NCBI GenBank assembly: GCA_964426525.1
Contig: CAYRQL010000008.1
Span: forward strand, 149-64,148
Reading direction: 5' to 3'
DNA: 64,000 nt
Source of the DNA: an uncultured Actinomycetota bacterium
GTDB lineage: Bacteria > Actinomycetota > Aquicultoria > SKW223 > CALKMS01
Shown here: positions 27,666 to 39,809 of the stretch, piece by piece
Layout of the letters: every line of letters starts with the position of its first letter
Position numbering within the stretch: position 1 is the stretch's first letter
Notes under the pieces: model-generated
Seen by the model: only the letters and a program-made list of their open reading frames with translations
Databases searched by the model: none
What the model was told of the DNA's origin: nothing
Program-made: the position numbers and the translations under genes

Positions 27666-28888
27666 AAGGAGGCCCAAAATGGCAAAGCAAAAATTTGAGA
27701 GAGTAAAACCCCATCTGAATGTGGGAACCATTGGTCATGTTGACCACGGCAAGACAACTTTAACAGCAGCTATCACCAAAGCTCTTTCTAACATTGGATT
27801 TGCTGAGTACATTCCTTTTGATCAGATAGACAAAGCTCCAGAAGAAAAAGCTCGCGGCATAACCATTGCTATTGCTCATGTTGAATACCAAACCGAAAAA
27901 CGTCACTATGCTCATATTGACTGTCCAGGCCACGCTGACTATGTCAAGAATATGATAACTGGCGCCGCTCAAATGGACGGTGCCATTTTAGTTGTCTCAG
28001 CTGCTGATGGTCCAATGCCCCAAACTCGTGAACACGTCCTTCTTGCCCGCCAGGTTGAAGTCCCCTACATTATTGTTTACTTAAACAAGGTTGACATGGT
28101 TGATGACCCTGAACTTTTAGAATTAGTTGAGGTTGAAGTAAGAGACCTCTTGACTGAATACCAGTTCCCGGGAGAGGAAACCCCGGTTATCAAAGGAAGT
28201 GCTCTTAAAGCCCTTGAATGTGGTTGCGGAAAAAGAGAATGCGAAGTCTGCAAAAGTATCTGGGAACTCTTAGACGCTTTAGACAACTACATTCCTGAAC
28301 CGGTAAGAGAAATAGACAAACCCTTCCTTATGCCCATTGAAGATGTCTTCTCTATAACTGGTCGTGGAACAGTTGTTACCGGAAGAGTAGAGCGCGGGAA
28401 AGTAAGAGTGGGAGAAGAAGTAGAACTGGTTGGTCTTTCTGACGAACCTCACAAAACAGTAGTAACTGGAGTTGAAATGTTTAGAAAAATCCTTGATGAA
28501 GGAGTAGCCGGAGACAACATTGGCCTCCTTCTTCGCGGTATTGGCAAAGATGAGGTTGAGAGAGGAATGGTGGTTGCTCAACCCGGTTCCATTACTCCTC
28601 ATCGCCGCTTCAAAGCTCAAGTTTATGTCTTAACCAAAGAAGAAGGCGGTCGTCACACTCCTTTCTTTAACGGCTACCGTCCTCAGTTTTATGTAAGAAC
28701 AACTGATGTCACTGGAACAATTAAACTACCTGAGGGAGTAGAAATGGTAATGCCTGGTGACAACACTGAAATTGAAGTTGAGCTCATTGCTCCCATTGCT
28801 CTTGAAGAAGGTGTCCGCTTCGCTATCCGCGAAGGTGGCCGAACTGTAGGAGCTGGGAGTGTAACCAAGGTTCTGGAGTAAGGGAGTA
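27666..28888 (+). repeat. 1223-bp perfect duplication (copy 1) covering the tuf RBS, CDS and 7 nt downstream
   Basis: Identical to 42813-44035. All six-frame ORFs are identical at a constant offset of 15147 bp. Confidence 0.9.
27679..28881 (+). CDS. tuf: elongation factor Tu (tufB-like copy in the tRNA cluster)
   Basis: 400 aa. [17 protein letters not shown] and NKVD motifs. Carries a Cys4 insertion ([11 protein letters not shown]). Confidence 0.95.
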   Translation: MAKQKFERVKPHLNVGTIGHVDHGKTTLTAAITKALSNIGFAEYIPFDQIDKAPEEKARGITIAIAHVEYQTEKRHYAHIDCPGHADYVKNMITGAAQMDGAILVVSAADGPMPQTREHVLLARQVEVPYIIVYLNKVDMVDDPELLELVEVEVRDLLTEYQFPGEETPVIKGSALKALECGCGKRECEVCKSIWELLDALDNYIPEPVREIDKPFLMPIEDVFSITGRGTVVTGRVERGKVRVGEEVELVGLSDEPHKTVVTGVEMFRKILDEGVAGDNIGLLLRGIGKDEVERGMVVAQPGSITPHRRFKAQVYVLTKEEGGRHTPFFNGYRPQFYVRTTDVTGTIKLPEGVEMVMPGDNTEIEVELIAPIALEEGVRFAIREGGRTVGAGSVTKVLE

Positions 28889-29037
28889 TGCGGATAATAA
28901 TTACATTAGCTTGTGGTGAATGTAAAAGAAGGAACTACACTACTTCAAAAAACAAGAGGAATGACCCTGACCGCTTAGAGTTTAAAAAATATTGTCCTTT
29001 CTGCGGAAAGCACACGCTTCACAAAGAGACGAGATAA
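28888..29037 (+). CDS. rpmG: 50S ribosomal protein L33 (zinc-ribbon C+ form)
   Basis: 49 aa ([49 protein letters not shown]). Not in the ORF track because it is under 60 aa. Confidence 0.85.
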   Translation: MRIIITLACGECKRRNYTTSKNKRNDPDRLEFKKYCPFCGKHTLHKETR

Positions 29038-29045
29038 ACATTCTT

Positions 29046-29124
29046 AGGCCCGTAGCTCGAACTTGGTCAGAGCGCCGGTCTCCAAAACCGGGGGTTGGGG
29101 GTTCGAGTCCCTCCGGGCCTGCCA
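29046..29124 (+). tRNA. tRNA-Trp (anticodon CCA)
   Basis: Anticodon loop CTCCAAA, 7-bp acceptor stem AGGCCCG/CGGGCCT, encoded CCA. Conserved position between rpmG and secE. Confidence 0.8.
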
Positions 29125-29243
29125 GTTTAATAAAATCGCTCGGTTTAATTTTTAGAGTTGGGTAAGTTCAGTGGTCTTAGCTGACTTTTTGTTTATTAGC
29201 TTGCTTTGATTAGTAATAATCTTAAGGTGGTAGTGGTTTTTTA

Positions 29244-29271
29244 TTGACAACTTTCTTTAGTGTGCTATAAT
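29244..29271 (+). promoter_or_regulatory. strong promoter TTGACA-16-(TGc)TATAAT for secE-nusG
   Basis: Consensus -35 and -10 with an extended TGn element. Confidence 0.5.
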
Positions 29272-29317
29272 TCCCTTTTGTCTTTCCCATCAAAAAAAGC
29301 CCCTCTTCAAATAAAAA

Positions 29318-29635
29318 ATGGGGCTATTGAGGAGATTTGTGGGTAAAAAACCAGAAAGAGCTAAAAAGAAAAAAGAAAAAAAGAAAGCCCGAGAAGGCAA
29401 AGTAATACCTTTTGTAGCCAAAAAACCGACTAGAAGAAGGGCTAATATTTTTAGGTCTGTAGTTAATTATTTTAGTGACGTAAAGTCAGAGCTTAAAAAA
29501 GTAACCTGGCCTAACCGTCAGGAGATTATAACTTCAACAATTGTAGTGGTGGTAGTTGTTATAGCTTTTACTTTGTTTATTGGTATTATCGACGAGGTTT
29601 TTATCAGGTTGGTCAAGTTTTTCCTTGGAGGTTAA
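29318..29635 (+). CDS. secE: preprotein translocase subunit SecE with a long basic N-terminal extension
   Basis: C-terminal TM segment and conserved region (VKSELKKVTWP). About 45 aa of K/R-rich N-terminal extension. Confidence 0.8.
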   Translation: MGLLRRFVGKKPERAKKKKEKKKAREGKVIPFVAKKPTRRRANIFRSVVNYFSDVKSELKKVTWPNRQEIITSTIVVVVVVIAFTLFIGIIDEVFIRLVKFFLGG

Positions 29636-29638
29636 TTA

Positions 29639-30160
29639 ATGAAAAAGTGGTATGTGGTTCATACTCACTCTGGGCTTGAGCACAAAGCAAAGGCTAATTT
29701 AGAGCGCAAAATTAAATCCTTGGGCTTGCAAAGTAAAATTTTTGAAGTTGTTATCCCAACTGAAGATGTTATTGAGTTTAAAGGTGGAAAAAGAAATGTC
29801 AGTGCCCGAAAAGTTTTTCCCGGCTATATGCTTGTTTTGATGGAATTAGACGAAGATTCCTGGTATGTGGTGAGAAACACCCCCTACGTGACCGGTTTTG
29901 TTGGTTCGGGAACCAAGCCTTTTGCTCTTTCTGACAAGGAAGTGGATGAGATTTTGAAGAAAATTAAAAGTGAAAAACCCAAGCCAAAAACTGAGTTTGA
30001 AGTGGGCGAACAGGTAAGAGTAGTTTCTGGGCCTCTGGCCGATTTAATAGGAACAGTAGCCGAAGTCAATCTTGACCAGCATAAATTGAAGGTTTTGGTT
30101 TCTATTTTTGGCCGGGAAACACCGGTTGAACTTTCATTTGAACAGGTATCCAAGCTTTGA
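29639..30160 (+). CDS. nusG: transcription termination/antitermination factor NusG
   Basis: NGN domain plus KOW domain. Confidence 0.9.
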   Translation: MKKWYVVHTHSGLEHKAKANLERKIKSLGLQSKIFEVVIPTEDVIEFKGGKRNVSARKVFPGYMLVLMELDEDSWYVVRNTPYVTGFVGSGTKPFALSDKEVDEILKKIKSEKPKPKTEFEVGEQVRVVSGPLADLIGTVAEVNLDQHKLKVLVSIFGRETPVELSFEQVSKL

Positions 30161-30176
30161 TGAAAAGGAGTGAATA

Positions 30177-30602
30177 ATGGCAAAAAAGGTAATAGCAATA
30201 ATTAAACTTCAAATTCCAGCTGGCGAAGCAACTCCAGCTCCTCCAGTCGGACCGGCTCTTGGGCAGCATGGTATTAATATAATGGAGTTTTGTAAAAGCT
30301 ATAACGCTCAAACTGCTTCCCAAAAGGGGTTGATTGTTCCGGTGGAAATCACCGTTTTTGAAGACCGTTCCTTTACTTTTATAACCAAAACCCCGCCGGC
30401 TTCAGTTCTTTTGAAAAAGGCAGCAGGCTTAGAAAAGGGTTCGGGCGAACCTAACAAACAAAAAGTAGGAAAAGTGAGCAAGGACCAGATTAGAGAAATT
30501 GCTGAGTTAAAACTAAAAGACCTGAATGCTAATGACGTTGAAGCAGCAATGAAAATAATCGAAGGCACAGCCCGCAGTATGGGAATAGAGGTCGAAAGGT
30601 AG
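30177..30602 (+). CDS. rplK: 50S ribosomal protein L11
   Basis: 141 aa typical uL11. Confidence 0.95.
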   Translation: MAKKVIAIIKLQIPAGEATPAPPVGPALGQHGINIMEFCKSYNAQTASQKGLIVPVEITVFEDRSFTFITKTPPASVLLKKAAGLEKGSGEPNKQKVGKVSKDQIREIAELKLKDLNANDVEAAMKIIEGTARSMGIEVER

Positions 30603-30632
30603 AATTGGAGCGGTTAAGTTAGAGGAGGTAAG

Positions 30633-31349
30633 ATGAAAAGAGGAAAAAAATATCAAGAGGCGTTAAAAAAAATAGGTGAAAATAAGGGCTGTTTACCTGA
30701 GGAAGCTTTTAGGTTGGTTAAAGAAGCGAAAGCAGCTAACTTCGATGAAACTGTTGAGCTTCATGTTCGCCTTGGAATTGACCCGCGCCAGGCAGACCAG
30801 CAGGTTAGAGGTTCGATTAATTTACCGGCCGGTACTGGCAAAACCATTCGAGTTATAGTTTTTGCCTCTGGTGAGAAAGCAAAAGAAGCCAAGGAAGCCG
30901 GGGCTGTCGAAGTTGGAGGGGAAGATTTAGTTAAAAAAATTGAAGGTGGATGGCTGGATTTTGAGTCAGTGGTAGCTACTCCAGACATGATGAGAGTGGT
31001 TTCTCGTCTGGGTAAAATCTTGGGACCGCGTGGTTTGATGCCCAACCCAAAAACCGGGACAGTGACCAATGAAGTTGGAAAAGTAGTAAAAGAGCTTCAG
31101 AAAGGAAGGATTGAATATCGTTCAGATAAGTTCGGGCTAATCCACCTACCAATAGGTAAGGTATCTTTTTCTCAAAAAGACTTGTTGCAGAACTATTTAA
31201 CGGTAATGAATGAGCTGGTTCGGGTTAAGCCGGCCGCTGCTAAAGGCCGCTACATTAAGTCAGTGACGATTTCTTCGACTATGGGACCAGGAATTAAGGT
31301 CGATCCCACCCGATTCCTTGAGGTTTCGGAAGAGGAAGCAATTGCTTAG
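30633..31349 (+). CDS. rplA: 50S ribosomal protein L1
   Basis: 238 aa typical uL1. Confidence 0.95.
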   Translation: MKRGKKYQEALKKIGENKGCLPEEAFRLVKEAKAANFDETVELHVRLGIDPRQADQQVRGSINLPAGTGKTIRVIVFASGEKAKEAKEAGAVEVGGEDLVKKIEGGWLDFESVVATPDMMRVVSRLGKILGPRGLMPNPKTGTVTNEVGKVVKELQKGRIEYRSDKFGLIHLPIGKVSFSQKDLLQNYLTVMNELVRVKPAAAKGRYIKSVTISSTMGPGIKVDPTRFLEVSEEEAIA

Positions 31350-31350
31350 C

Positions 31351-31378
31351 TTGACAAAGAGTTTGTTTTTTTTATAAT
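31351..31378 (+). promoter_or_regulatory. promoter TTGACA-16-TATAAT for rplJ-rplL
   Basis: Consensus hexamers immediately after the rplA stop. Confidence 0.5.
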
Positions 31379-31513
31379 AGCATGGTTGCTGAGAAATAAA
31401 GATAACGGCCGCAGACAGTAGGTGCGAGAGCTTAAACCGCAAGGGCCTACCGAGGCAGGATAAAGAAGTCCTCCTTGAAACTGCGGAGGATTTTTTAGTT
31501 TAGGAGGTGGAAC
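31379..31513 (+). ncRNA. ribosomal protein L10 (rplJ) leader with attenuator hairpin
   Basis: Structured 135-nt leader. Contains TCCTCC-N10-GGAGGA plus a T6 tract at 31468-31496. Conserved location for the L10(L12)4 autoregulatory leader. Confidence 0.45.
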
Positions 31514-32026
31514 TTGGCGAAACCGGAAAAAGCAGCTTTGGTGAAAGAAATAGCAGAAAAAATTAAGACCCCAGAGGCAGTTTTTTTAGCCGATTATCAA
31601 GGTTTGACTGTTCATGAAATCAGTGAACTAAGAAGAAAGCTTAGGGAAAATGAGGTTTTTTTTAAGGTTGTTAAAAATACTTTATTAAGCCTGGCTTTTA
31701 AAGAAAGCAATCGGGTTGAACTTTCTCTTTTAAAAGAGTATTTAACTGGTCCAACTGCCGTTTTATGGTCTGATGATCCAGTTAAAGTTGCTAAAGTCTT
31801 GAGTGAATTTTCTCGGGAGCACAATCAGTTAGAGGTTAAAGCGGGTTTAGCTGGGAAAGACTTTATCGATAAGGAAAAGGCAAAGCTGCTGGCTTCTCTG
31901 CCTTCTAAAGAAGAAATTATTTCCAAACTCTTAAGCTTACTAATTTCACCAGTTAGAAGACTGTTATGGTCGTTTAACTCACCCTCTACTCAGCTAGTTA
32001 GAGTTTTGAGTGCTATCAAGAAATAA
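31514..32026 (+). CDS. rplJ: 50S ribosomal protein L10
   Basis: 170 aa. TTG start with AGGAGGTGG RBS. Confidence 0.9.
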   Translation: MAKPEKAALVKEIAEKIKTPEAVFLADYQGLTVHEISELRRKLRENEVFFKVVKNTLLSLAFKESNRVELSLLKEYLTGPTAVLWSDDPVKVAKVLSEFSREHNQLEVKAGLAGKDFIDKEKAKLLASLPSKEEIISKLLSLLISPVRRLLWSFNSPSTQLVRVLSAIKK

Positions 32027-32041
32027 ATTAAAGGAGGAAAA

Positions 32042-32434
32042 ATGGCGGAGAAAAAAATTACTCGAGAAGAAATTGTGGAAGCAATCAAGAATATGAGCTT
32101 GATTGAAGTTTCGGAACTCGTCAAAGAACTTGAAGAGGTTTTTGGGGTTAGCGCAGCTGCTCCAGTGGCAGTGGCAGCAGTTGCCGGTGCAGCTACAGCT
32201 CCAGCAGCTGTCGAAGAAGAAAAAACTTCTTTTGATGTTGTTCTTCAAGCAGCTGGCGAAAAGAAAATTCAGGTGATCAAAGTTGTTCGACAGATTACAA
32301 ACCTGGGACTTAAAGAAGCAAAAGATTTGGTGGACTCAGCTCCTAAGCCTGTCAAAGAGGGAGTGACTAAAGAAGAGGCTGAAGAGATCAAGAAACAGCT
32401 GGAAGAAGTTGGCGCTACGGTCGAAGTAAAATAA
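32042..32434 (+). CDS. rplL: 50S ribosomal protein L7/L12
   Basis: 130 aa with an Ala-rich hinge. Confidence 0.95.
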   Translation: MAEKKITREEIVEAIKNMSLIEVSELVKELEEVFGVSAAAPVAVAAVAGAATAPAAVEEEKTSFDVVLQAAGEKKIQVIKVVRQITNLGLKEAKDLVDSAPKPVKEGVTKEEAEEIKKQLEEVGATVEVK

Positions 32435-32457
32435 AATCAGGCTTAAAGTAAAAAAAT

Positions 32458-32486
32458 TTGACCATCTTCTATTGGTGTGATATAAT
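32458..32486 (+). promoter_or_regulatory. promoter TTGACC-17-(TGa)TATAAT upstream of rpoB
   Basis: Near-consensus -35, extended -10. Confidence 0.45.
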
Positions 32487-32552
32487 TTATATTTGCTTTT
32501 ATGAGACACCACATCAGAGTTAGAAAACCATTTCAAGGGGAGTGAATTAACT

Positions 32553-35500
32553 TTGACGAAACCCTCTTTAAAGAAGCGCGAGCGCTTTAGTTTTGGTAAG
32601 GTCCCGGAAATTCTTGAGGTTCCAAACTTACTCGATATTCAGATTAAAAGCTTCGAGTGGTTTAAGACTGAAGGAGTTAGAGAGGTACTGGAGGAAATTT
32701 CACCTATTGAAGATTTTACCGGCAACTTAGCCTTGGAATTCAAGGGACATCGTTTTGAAGAACCTCGCTTTTCAGTGGAGGAATGCAAAGAGAAAGACAT
32801 GACTTACTCAGCTCGTTTGATGGTCGAAGTGAGGTTTATTAATCGAGAGACAGGGGAAATCAGAGAAAAAGAAGTAGTTTTATACGATCGGTTTCCTTTA
32901 ATGACAGAAAAAGGCACTTTCATAATAAACGGAACAGAAAGGGTAGTGGTTAGTCAGTTAATTCGTTCGCCAGGCGTTTATTTTGGTGTTGAGGCTGAAA
33001 AAACTAGCGGAAAGCTTCTTTATAACGCCAAAATAATTCCCAACCGGGGAGCTTGGTTGGAATTTGAAACCGACAGCAAGGATGTAATATATGTAAGAAT
33101 AGACCGAAAGAGGAAACTTCCAGCTACTCTTTTTTTAAGAGCTCTTGACTGGAGTAAAAATGAAGACATCTTGAAGCTTTTAGGAAATTCGGTAGCGGTA
33201 AAAAGAACTCTTGAGAAAGATCCAATTCACCGCAAAGAAGATGCATTGCTGGAAATTTATAAGCGCTTGCGCCCAGGCGAACTTCCAACAGCCGAAAGCG
33301 CTCAAGCTTACTTAGAAAACTTATATTTTAATAAACAGAGATATGATTTGGCTAAAGTTGGTCGCTATAAAGTGAATCGCAAGCTTGGCGTAGATTTCCC
33401 TCTTACTGTTACTACTTTAACAAAAGAAGACATTGTTGCTACTTTAAAATATTTACTGGGGCTCTGGAATGAAGAACCAAATTTCACCATTGATGACATT
33501 GACCATCTTGGTAATCGGAGAATTCGGACTGTAGGCGAATTAGTGCAAAATCAGTTTCGAATTGGTATTGCCAGGTTGGAGCGGAGCGTTAAAGAGAAGA
33601 TGGCCACCACTGACCCTCAGGAAAGAGACCCCCAATTATTAATTAATGTTCGACCTATTGAAGCTTCTATCAAGAGTTTTTTTGCTACCGGTCAACTTTC
33701 GCAGTTTATGGATCAGACTAACCCTTTGGCTGGGTTAACCCACCGAAGACGCCTTTCAGCATTGGGACCTGGAGGTTTGTCGAGGGAGAGGGCTGGTTTT
33801 GAAGTTAGGGACGTTCACCCTTCTCATTATGGCCGAATGTGTCCGGTTGAGACACCTGAGGGTCCAAATATAGGCTTGATAAATTCGCTAGCTACTTATG
33901 CCCGGGTAAATGATTTCGGTTTTCTGGAGACGCCTTATAGAAAAGTAGTTAACGGAAAAGTTACCGATGAAATAGTCTATCTTACTGCCGATGATGAAAT
34001 GGAGACAGTTATTGCTCAAGCCAATGCTCGTTTTGACCCTAAAACTGGGAAGTTAATAGATAAACAAGTGTTAGCAAGAAACAAAGGCAAAGTTGAATTA
34101 GTGAATGCATCAGAAGTTGAATATATGGATGTTTCGCCTAAACAAATTGTAAGTGTTGCTGCAGCCCTTATCCCCTTTCTTGAACACAACGATGCTAATC
34201 GAGTTTTAATGGGAGCCAATATGCAGAGACAGGCTGTTCCTTTAGTTAAGACTCAGGCTCCTCTAGTTGGCACTGGGATGGAAAGAAAAGCAATAGTTGA
34301 CACTGGAGAAGTTATATTGGCTAAAAGGAGTGGGACAGTAAAGAAAGTTGTGGCTGATTTAGTTGAAGTAGAGGTAGCAAAGGGAGAAATAGATCGGTAT
34401 GAACTTAAAAAATATCAACGTTCCAATCAAGGAACCTGCATCAATCAGGTGCCAGTTGTTAATGAAGGCGATAGAGTTGCGGCTGGTGAGGTGATTGCTG
34501 ATGGTCCTTGTTCAGACCATGGAGAGCTGGCTTTGGGAGCCAATCTTCTGGTAGCTTTTATGCCCTGGGAAGGCTACAACTACGAAGACGCAATAGTTAT
34601 CAGCGAGCGACTGGTAAAAGATGACACCCTAACTTCAATTCATATTGAGGAATACGAAGTTGACGCACGGGATACTAAGCTTGGAGCTGAGGAAATCACT
34701 CGAGAAATTCCGGGATTGGCCGATGATGTTCTGAAAAATCTGGACGAGGAGGGTATTGTTAGGGTTGGGGCTGAAGTAAAACCCGGTGATATCTTGGTTG
34801 GGAAAGTTACTCCCAAAGGCGAAGGTGAAATTACTCCGGAAGAAAAACTTTTGAGGGCGATATTTGGAGAAAAAGCTCGCGATGTTCGAGATACTTCATT
34901 GCGAGTCCCTCATGGAGAAGGCGGGAAAGTGATCCGGGTTAAAGTTTTTTCCCGCGAAAGAGGTGACGAGTTACCTCCTGGTGTTAATAAGTTGGTTCGA
35001 GTTTATGTAGCTCATTTAAGAAAGGTTTCAGTTGGTGACAAATTAGCCGGTCGGCATGGTAATAAGGGTGTAATTTCAAAAATTGTTCCGGTTGAAGATA
35101 TGCCCTTTCTTGAAGACGGAACGCCAATTGATATTATTCTTAACCCACTGGGAGTTCCCTCTAGAATGAACGTTGGTCAGGTTTTAGAAACTCACCTGGG
35201 TTGGGCTTGTTCTGTTGGTTGGAGGGAGAATGGGAAGAAAAAAGAAGCGCCAGTTTATGTAGCTTCGCCTGTTTTTGAAGGTGCCCGCGAAGAGGAAATA
35301 AAGCAGATCTTGGAGAAAGCTGACCTTCCTATTAACGGAAAAGCTACACTTTTTGATGGAAGAACTGGAGAACCTTTCGAACGACCTATTACTGTTGGCT
35401 ATATTTATATGATGAAGCTTATTCATCTGGTTGATGAAAAAATTCATGCTCGCTCGATAGGCCCTTACTCTCTAATAACTCAACAACCGTTAGGTGGAAA

Positions 35501-35891
35501 AGCGCAATTTGGAGGTCAGAGGTTTGGTGAAATGGAAGTTTGGGCTCTGGAAGCTTATGGAGCAGCTAACGTACTTCAGGAAATGCTTACTGTCAAGTCG
35601 GATGATGTAATGGGGCGAGTGAAGGCATATCAAAGCGTAGTCAAAGGTGAGAACATTCCAGAAGCAGCTTTGCCTGAGTCTTTCAAAGTTCTGGTTAAAG
35701 AAATGCAGAGCCTGGGTCTCTCGGTTGAATTAGTTTCTGAAGAAGGCGAAACCATGGAAGTTAAAGAAGAAGCTGAAGAAGAAGAAGCTGCAATGCGGGA
35801 GGCAAGGCGACTGGGATTAGAGTTTCGAACTCAATACGATGAAGAAGAAGCTCTGGTTAGTGAAGAACAGGCTGAAGATGAAATTTCATAA
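32553..35891 (+). CDS. rpoB: DNA-directed RNA polymerase subunit beta
   Basis: 1112 aa with conserved beta-subunit blocks. Acidic C-terminal tail. Confidence 0.95.
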   Translation: MTKPSLKKRERFSFGKVPEILEVPNLLDIQIKSFEWFKTEGVREVLEEISPIEDFTGNLALEFKGHRFEEPRFSVEECKEKDMTYSARLMVEVRFINRETGEIREKEVVLYDRFPLMTEKGTFIINGTERVVVSQLIRSPGVYFGVEAEKTSGKLLYNAKIIPNRGAWLEFETDSKDVIYVRIDRKRKLPATLFLRALDWSKNEDILKLLGNSVAVKRTLEKDPIHRKEDALLEIYKRLRPGELPTAESAQAYLENLYFNKQRYDLAKVGRYKVNRKLGVDFPLTVTTLTKEDIVATLKYLLGLWNEEPNFTIDDIDHLGNRRIRTVGELVQNQFRIGIARLERSVKEKMATTDPQERDPQLLINVRPIEASIKSFFATGQLSQFMDQTNPLAGLTHRRRLSALGPGGLSRERAGFEVRDVHPSHYGRMCPVETPEGPNIGLINSLATYARVNDFGFLETPYRKVVNGKVTDEIVYLTADDEMETVIAQANARFDPKTGKLIDKQVLARNKGKVELVNASEVEYMDVSPKQIVSVAAALIPFLEHNDANRVLMGANMQRQAVPLVKTQAPLVGTGMERKAIVDTGEVILAKRSGTVKKVVADLVEVEVAKGEIDRYELKKYQRSNQGTCINQVPVVNEGDRVAAGEVIADGPCSDHGELALGANLLVAFMPWEGYNYEDAIVISERLVKDDTLTSIHIEEYEVDARDTKLGAEEITREIPGLADDVLKNLDEEGIVRVGAEVKPGDILVGKVTPKGEGEITPEEKLLRAIFGEKARDVRDTSLRVPHGEGGKVIRVKVFSRERGDELPPGVNKLVRVYVAHLRKVSVGDKLAGRHGNKGVISKIVPVEDMPFLEDGTPIDIILNPLGVPSRMNVGQVLETHLGWACSVGWRENGKKKEAPVYVASPVFEGAREEEIKQILEKADLPINGKATLFDGRTGEPFERPITVGYIYMMKLIHLVDEKIHARSIGPYSLITQQPLGGKAQFGGQRFGEMEVWALEAYGAANVLQEMLTVKSDDVMGRVKAYQSVVKGENIPEAALPESFKVLVKEMQSLGLSVELVSEEGETMEVKEEAEEEEAAMREARRLGLEFRTQYDEEEALVSEEQAEDEIS

Positions 35892-35911
35892 AATTCTGGT
35901 TTTGGAGGGAT

Positions 35912-38900
35912 TTGTCTGTGGATATAAATATTTTTGATGCGGTAAAAATCTCTTTGGCTTCGCCTAGTCGAATTAGAAGCTGGTCGCATGGGGAAGTCAA
36001 AAAGCCGGAAACGATTAACTATCGGACTTTAAAGCCAGAGAGAGATGGTCTTTTCTGCGAAAAAATCTTTGGGCCGGTTAAAGATTTTGAGTGTTACTGC
36101 GGAAAATACCGAAAAGTGCGGTTTAAAGGAATTGTCTGTGAAAAATGCGGAGTTGAGGTAACTAACTCTCGAGTTAGAAGGGAGCGGATGGGGCATATTG
36201 AGTTAGCGGCTCCAGTGGCTCATATTTGGTTTTTCAAAGGTGTTCCTTCCCGTATGGCCTATTTGCTCGACATCTCTTCCAAAGACCTGGAACGGGTTAT
36301 TTATTTTGCTGCTCCTATCATTATCAGTGTTGATGTCGAAAAAAGAGCTCAGAACATGAACACTTTAAAGGAGGAATTTACCAGCGACATTAAATCTTTA
36401 GATGAGGAATTATTGGAAGAGATTAAAAGACTGGAGAAGGAGAGAGAGGAAAAACTAACTTCTTTGGATACAGGCAAAGGGATTTCAAAAAGTGTTGAAG
36501 AAAAAGTGCGGAGGGAATACGAAACATTAATTGAAGAGAAAAAAGAGTTTTTTGAAGAAGAAAAGAAGAGAATAAGAGAGGCTTTTGTTACCTTTGAGAG
36601 ACTTAAGGAACGCGATGTTATTCTTGATGAGGAAGTTTATCGAGAAATGCGTTATCGATATGGGGATTATTTTGTTGGCGGAATGGGAGCAGAAGCCATC
36701 AGAGAAATTTTGCAGAGAATAGACCTGGAAAAAGAAGCTAAAGAGCTAAAGAAAGAAATAAGAAGAAGTAAAGGCCCAAAATGTATTAAAGCAATCAAAA
36801 GGCTTAAAATAATCAGTGCTTTTCTCAAGTCAGAGAACCGTCCTGAATGGATGATTCTTGAGGTTTTACCTGTTTTGCCCCCGGAGATAAGGCCGATGGT
36901 CCAGTTAGATGGTGGGCGGTTTGCTTCTTCAGATTTAAACGACCTTTACCGGAGGGTGATCAATCGAAATAACCGTCTAAAGAAACTTCTTGATCTCGGA
37001 GCTCCAGAAATAATTGTTAATAACGAAAAAAGAATGCTTCAGGAAGCTGTTGATGCTTTGTTTGATAACGAAAAGAGATCAAGACCAGTTTTGGGAACCA
37101 ACAATCGACCTCTCAAGTCTCTTTCTGATATGTTAAAAGGCAAACAAGGAAGATTCCGTCAGAACCTTTTAGGTAAAAGAGTTGACTACTCTGGTCGTTC
37201 TGTTATTGTTGTCGGACCCCACCTCAAACTTCACCAGTGCGGCCTACCTAAGATTATGGCTCTGGAATTGTTTAAACCCTTTGTTATGCGAAGGTTGGTT
37301 GAGCTTGGGCACGCTCTTAATATCAAAGGAGCAAAAAAAATAATCGAGCGATTAAGCCCGGTTGTCTGGGATGTACTTGAGGATGTCATCAGGGATAAGG
37401 CAGTTTTACTCAATCGCGCACCCACCCTTCACCGTTTAGGGATTCAAGCTTTTGAACCAGTTTTGGTAGAAGGTAAAGCAATTCGTATTCATCCTCTGGT
37501 TTGCCCTCCTTTTAATGCCGATTTTGATGGCGACCAAATGGCAGTTCATGTTCCTTTATCGGTTGCAGCCCAAGCTGAGGCAAGGATTCTAATGCTTTCG
37601 GTTAATAATGCCCTTTCTCCGGCCAGTGGTCGTCCTTTAGTAGCGCCAACTCAGGATATGGTGCTGGGCATTTATTACCTAACAGCCGATGCTGATCGAG
37701 AAGTTAAAGGCAATGGAATGATTTTTGCCAATCCTGAGGAGGCAATTAAGGCTTATGAACTGGGTGAAGTTCACCTTCAAGCTCGAGTGAAAGTACGCTT
37801 GAATTCTAAAAAAGCCAAAGGCTTGCTTGAAACTACAGTTGGTCGCTTGATATTTAACCAGGCTTTACCCGAGAATTATCCCTTTGTTAACTGTGAAGTT
37901 AATAAAAAGAAAATTATAGAAATGGTCGAGGAGTTTTATAGTTTATATGATGTGGCTGAAGTAGGTGAAATTCTCGATAACCTTAAAGAGATTGGGTTTG
38001 AATATGCTTCAAAGCCTGGCTTCACCATTGGTGTTGACGATATGGCTATCCCCCCCAACAAGGAGGAAATTCTTGAAAATTACGAAAAAAAGGCGGACGA
38101 GGTTGAAGAACAGTTTAGGGGTGGTTTGATAACTGAAAGTGAGCGCCACAAACGCGTCGTTGAGCTCTGGAACCGAGCAACCGATGAAGTAAAGGAAGCA
38201 ATGGAAAAGAACTTTTTTAAATTCAATCCCATTTACTTGATGGCAAACTCTGGTGCTCGTGGCAGCATCAAACAGGTGCGGCAGTTAGCTGGGATGCGAG
38301 GTTTGGTTGCTAATCCGAAGGGAGAAATTATTGACCGGCCAATTAAGTCTAATTTTAGAGAGGGTCTTTCTGTTCTGGAATACTTTATTTCTACCCATGG
38401 GGCCCGAAAGGGTTTGGCCGATACTGCTTTGCGAACAGCTGACTCCGGCTATCTGACTCGTAGATTGGTTGATGTTGCTCATGATGTAATTGTTAGAGAA
38501 GAAGACTGCGGAACAAATCAGGGAATACCAAAGCCGGTTTTTGATGATGAAGGAAACCCGAATCGAAACTTGATTGGTCGGATAACCCTTGAACCAGTAG
38601 TTAATTCAGCAACTGGTGAAATAATTATTAATGCTGGCGAAGAGATTGACGAGGCAGCGCTTAAGAAAATTGTTAATCTGGCTGAAAGAGATGGTTTGAA
38701 CGAGGTAATAGTAAGAAGTGTTTTATATTGTAATGCAGCTCAGGGTATGTGTCAAAAATGCTATGGTTGGGCTCTGGCTGAGCGACGGCTGGTAGAATTG
38801 GGTGAAGCAGTAGGTATAATAGCGGCTCAATCTATCGGAGAACCGGGCACTCAGCTGACAATGAGGACTTTCCATACAGGTGGGGTTGTTGGAGAGGATA

Positions 38901-39739
38901 TAACTCATGGCTTGCCTCGGGTGGTTGAGCTTTTTGAAGCTCGCAAGCCTAAAGGACTGGCTTTGGTGAGTGAAGTTTCTGGAAAAGTTGAGATTAAAGA
39001 AGGAAAGAAGTTTAAAAAAATTGTTATTTACACTGAAACTGGTCGGGAAAAAACTTACACTGTTTCCAAAAGAGCACATATCAAGGTAGCCAATGGAGCT
39101 TTAGTGAAAGCTGGGGACCAGCTAACTGAGGGTTCTTTAAGGCCGCAGGATATCTTAAGAATAAAAGGCTTGCAAGCTGTTCAGTTGTATTTACTTGAGG
39201 AGGTGCAGAAAGTTTATCGTTCTCAAGCGGTTGAAATAAACGATAAGCATATCGAGATAATTATCCGCCAAATGTTGCGGCGAGTAAGTATTGTTGATCC
39301 TGGCGATACTGATTTCCTACCCGGGCAGATAGTTGACCGCTTTATTTTTGAGAAAGAAAACGAAAAGGTGAAGGAGCAAGGTGGCAAGCCAGCTTCAGCA
39401 AAGCAGGTTTTGATGGGTATTACTAAAGCTGCTCTAGCTGCGGAAAGCTGGCTTTCGGCTGCTTCTTTCCAGGAAACCACCCGAGTACTAACTGAAGCAG
39501 CAATTAAAGGAGACATAGATAACCTGGTCGGCCTCAAGGAAAATGTGATTATTGGCAAAATTATTCCCTGTGGTTGCGGCTTTAAGATGCATCGAGAAGT
39601 AGAACCAAGGATTGAAGGGGAGGAGGCAATACAAGCTGAGGAAGCTTTACAGCTTTTAAGCAGTGGTCTCAATGCTTCTTCTAAGAATGAGGTAGTTGAA
39701 GAAAAACAAGTTATGGCTGAAGAAAAAGTTGACAGTTAA
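35912..39739 (+). CDS. rpoC: DNA-directed RNA polymerase subunit beta'
   Basis: 1275 aa. Zn-binding Cys4, NADFDGD catalytic motif. Confidence 0.95.
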   Translation: MSVDINIFDAVKISLASPSRIRSWSHGEVKKPETINYRTLKPERDGLFCEKIFGPVKDFECYCGKYRKVRFKGIVCEKCGVEVTNSRVRRERMGHIELAAPVAHIWFFKGVPSRMAYLLDISSKDLERVIYFAAPIIISVDVEKRAQNMNTLKEEFTSDIKSLDEELLEEIKRLEKEREEKLTSLDTGKGISKSVEEKVRREYETLIEEKKEFFEEEKKRIREAFVTFERLKERDVILDEEVYREMRYRYGDYFVGGMGAEAIREILQRIDLEKEAKELKKEIRRSKGPKCIKAIKRLKIISAFLKSENRPEWMILEVLPVLPPEIRPMVQLDGGRFASSDLNDLYRRVINRNNRLKKLLDLGAPEIIVNNEKRMLQEAVDALFDNEKRSRPVLGTNNRPLKSLSDMLKGKQGRFRQNLLGKRVDYSGRSVIVVGPHLKLHQCGLPKIMALELFKPFVMRRLVELGHALNIKGAKKIIERLSPVVWDVLEDVIRDKAVLLNRAPTLHRLGIQAFEPVLVEGKAIRIHPLVCPPFNADFDGDQMAVHVPLSVAAQAEARILMLSVNNALSPASGRPLVAPTQDMVLGIYYLTADADREVKGNGMIFANPEEAIKAYELGEVHLQARVKVRLNSKKAKGLLETTVGRLIFNQALPENYPFVNCEVNKKKIIEMVEEFYSLYDVAEVGEILDNLKEIGFEYASKPGFTIGVDDMAIPPNKEEILENYEKKADEVEEQFRGGLITESERHKRVVELWNRATDEVKEAMEKNFFKFNPIYLMANSGARGSIKQVRQLAGMRGLVANPKGEIIDRPIKSNFREGLSVLEYFISTHGARKGLADTALRTADSGYLTRRLVDVAHDVIVREEDCGTNQGIPKPVFDDEGNPNRNLIGRITLEPVVNSATGEIIINAGEEIDEAALKKIVNLAERDGLNEVIVRSVLYCNAAQGMCQKCYGWALAERRLVELGEAVGIIAAQSIGEPGTQLTMRTFHTGGVVGEDITHGLPRVVELFEARKPKGLALVSEVSGKVEIKEGKKFKKIVIYTETGREKTYTVSKRAHIKVANGALVKAGDQLTEGSLRPQDILRIKGLQAVQLYLLEEVQKVYRSQAVEINDKHIEIIIRQMLRRVSIVDPGDTDFLPGQIVDRFIFEKENEKVKEQGGKPASAKQVLMGITKAALAAESWLSAASFQETTRVLTEAAIKGDIDNLVGLKENVIIGKIIPCGCGFKMHREVEPRIEGEEAIQAEEALQLLSSGLNASSKNEVVEEKQVMAEEKVDS

Positions 39740-39809
39740 AGAAATTTGAGTTACAATCAGCGATTGTTGTCTCAAGCTTGCTAGGTAATAACTATTGTGA
39801 AGAGGTAAA

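Noticed and set aside
28279-28620. Antisense ORFs inside tuf (also 43426-43767, 27760-27972, 28077-28286), rpoC (39223-39672, 38723-39079), greA (12329-12724), clpC (16512-16886) and rplW/rplB (45661-46053)
   Set aside because: They are embedded opposite highly conserved genes, have low-complexity composition and no RBS. They are spurious ORF-finder calls.
30676-30858. Alternate-frame ORFs inside rplA (30676-30858) and rplD (45078-45266)
   Set aside because: They are same-strand overlapping frames within highly conserved ribosomal genes. There is no support for them.
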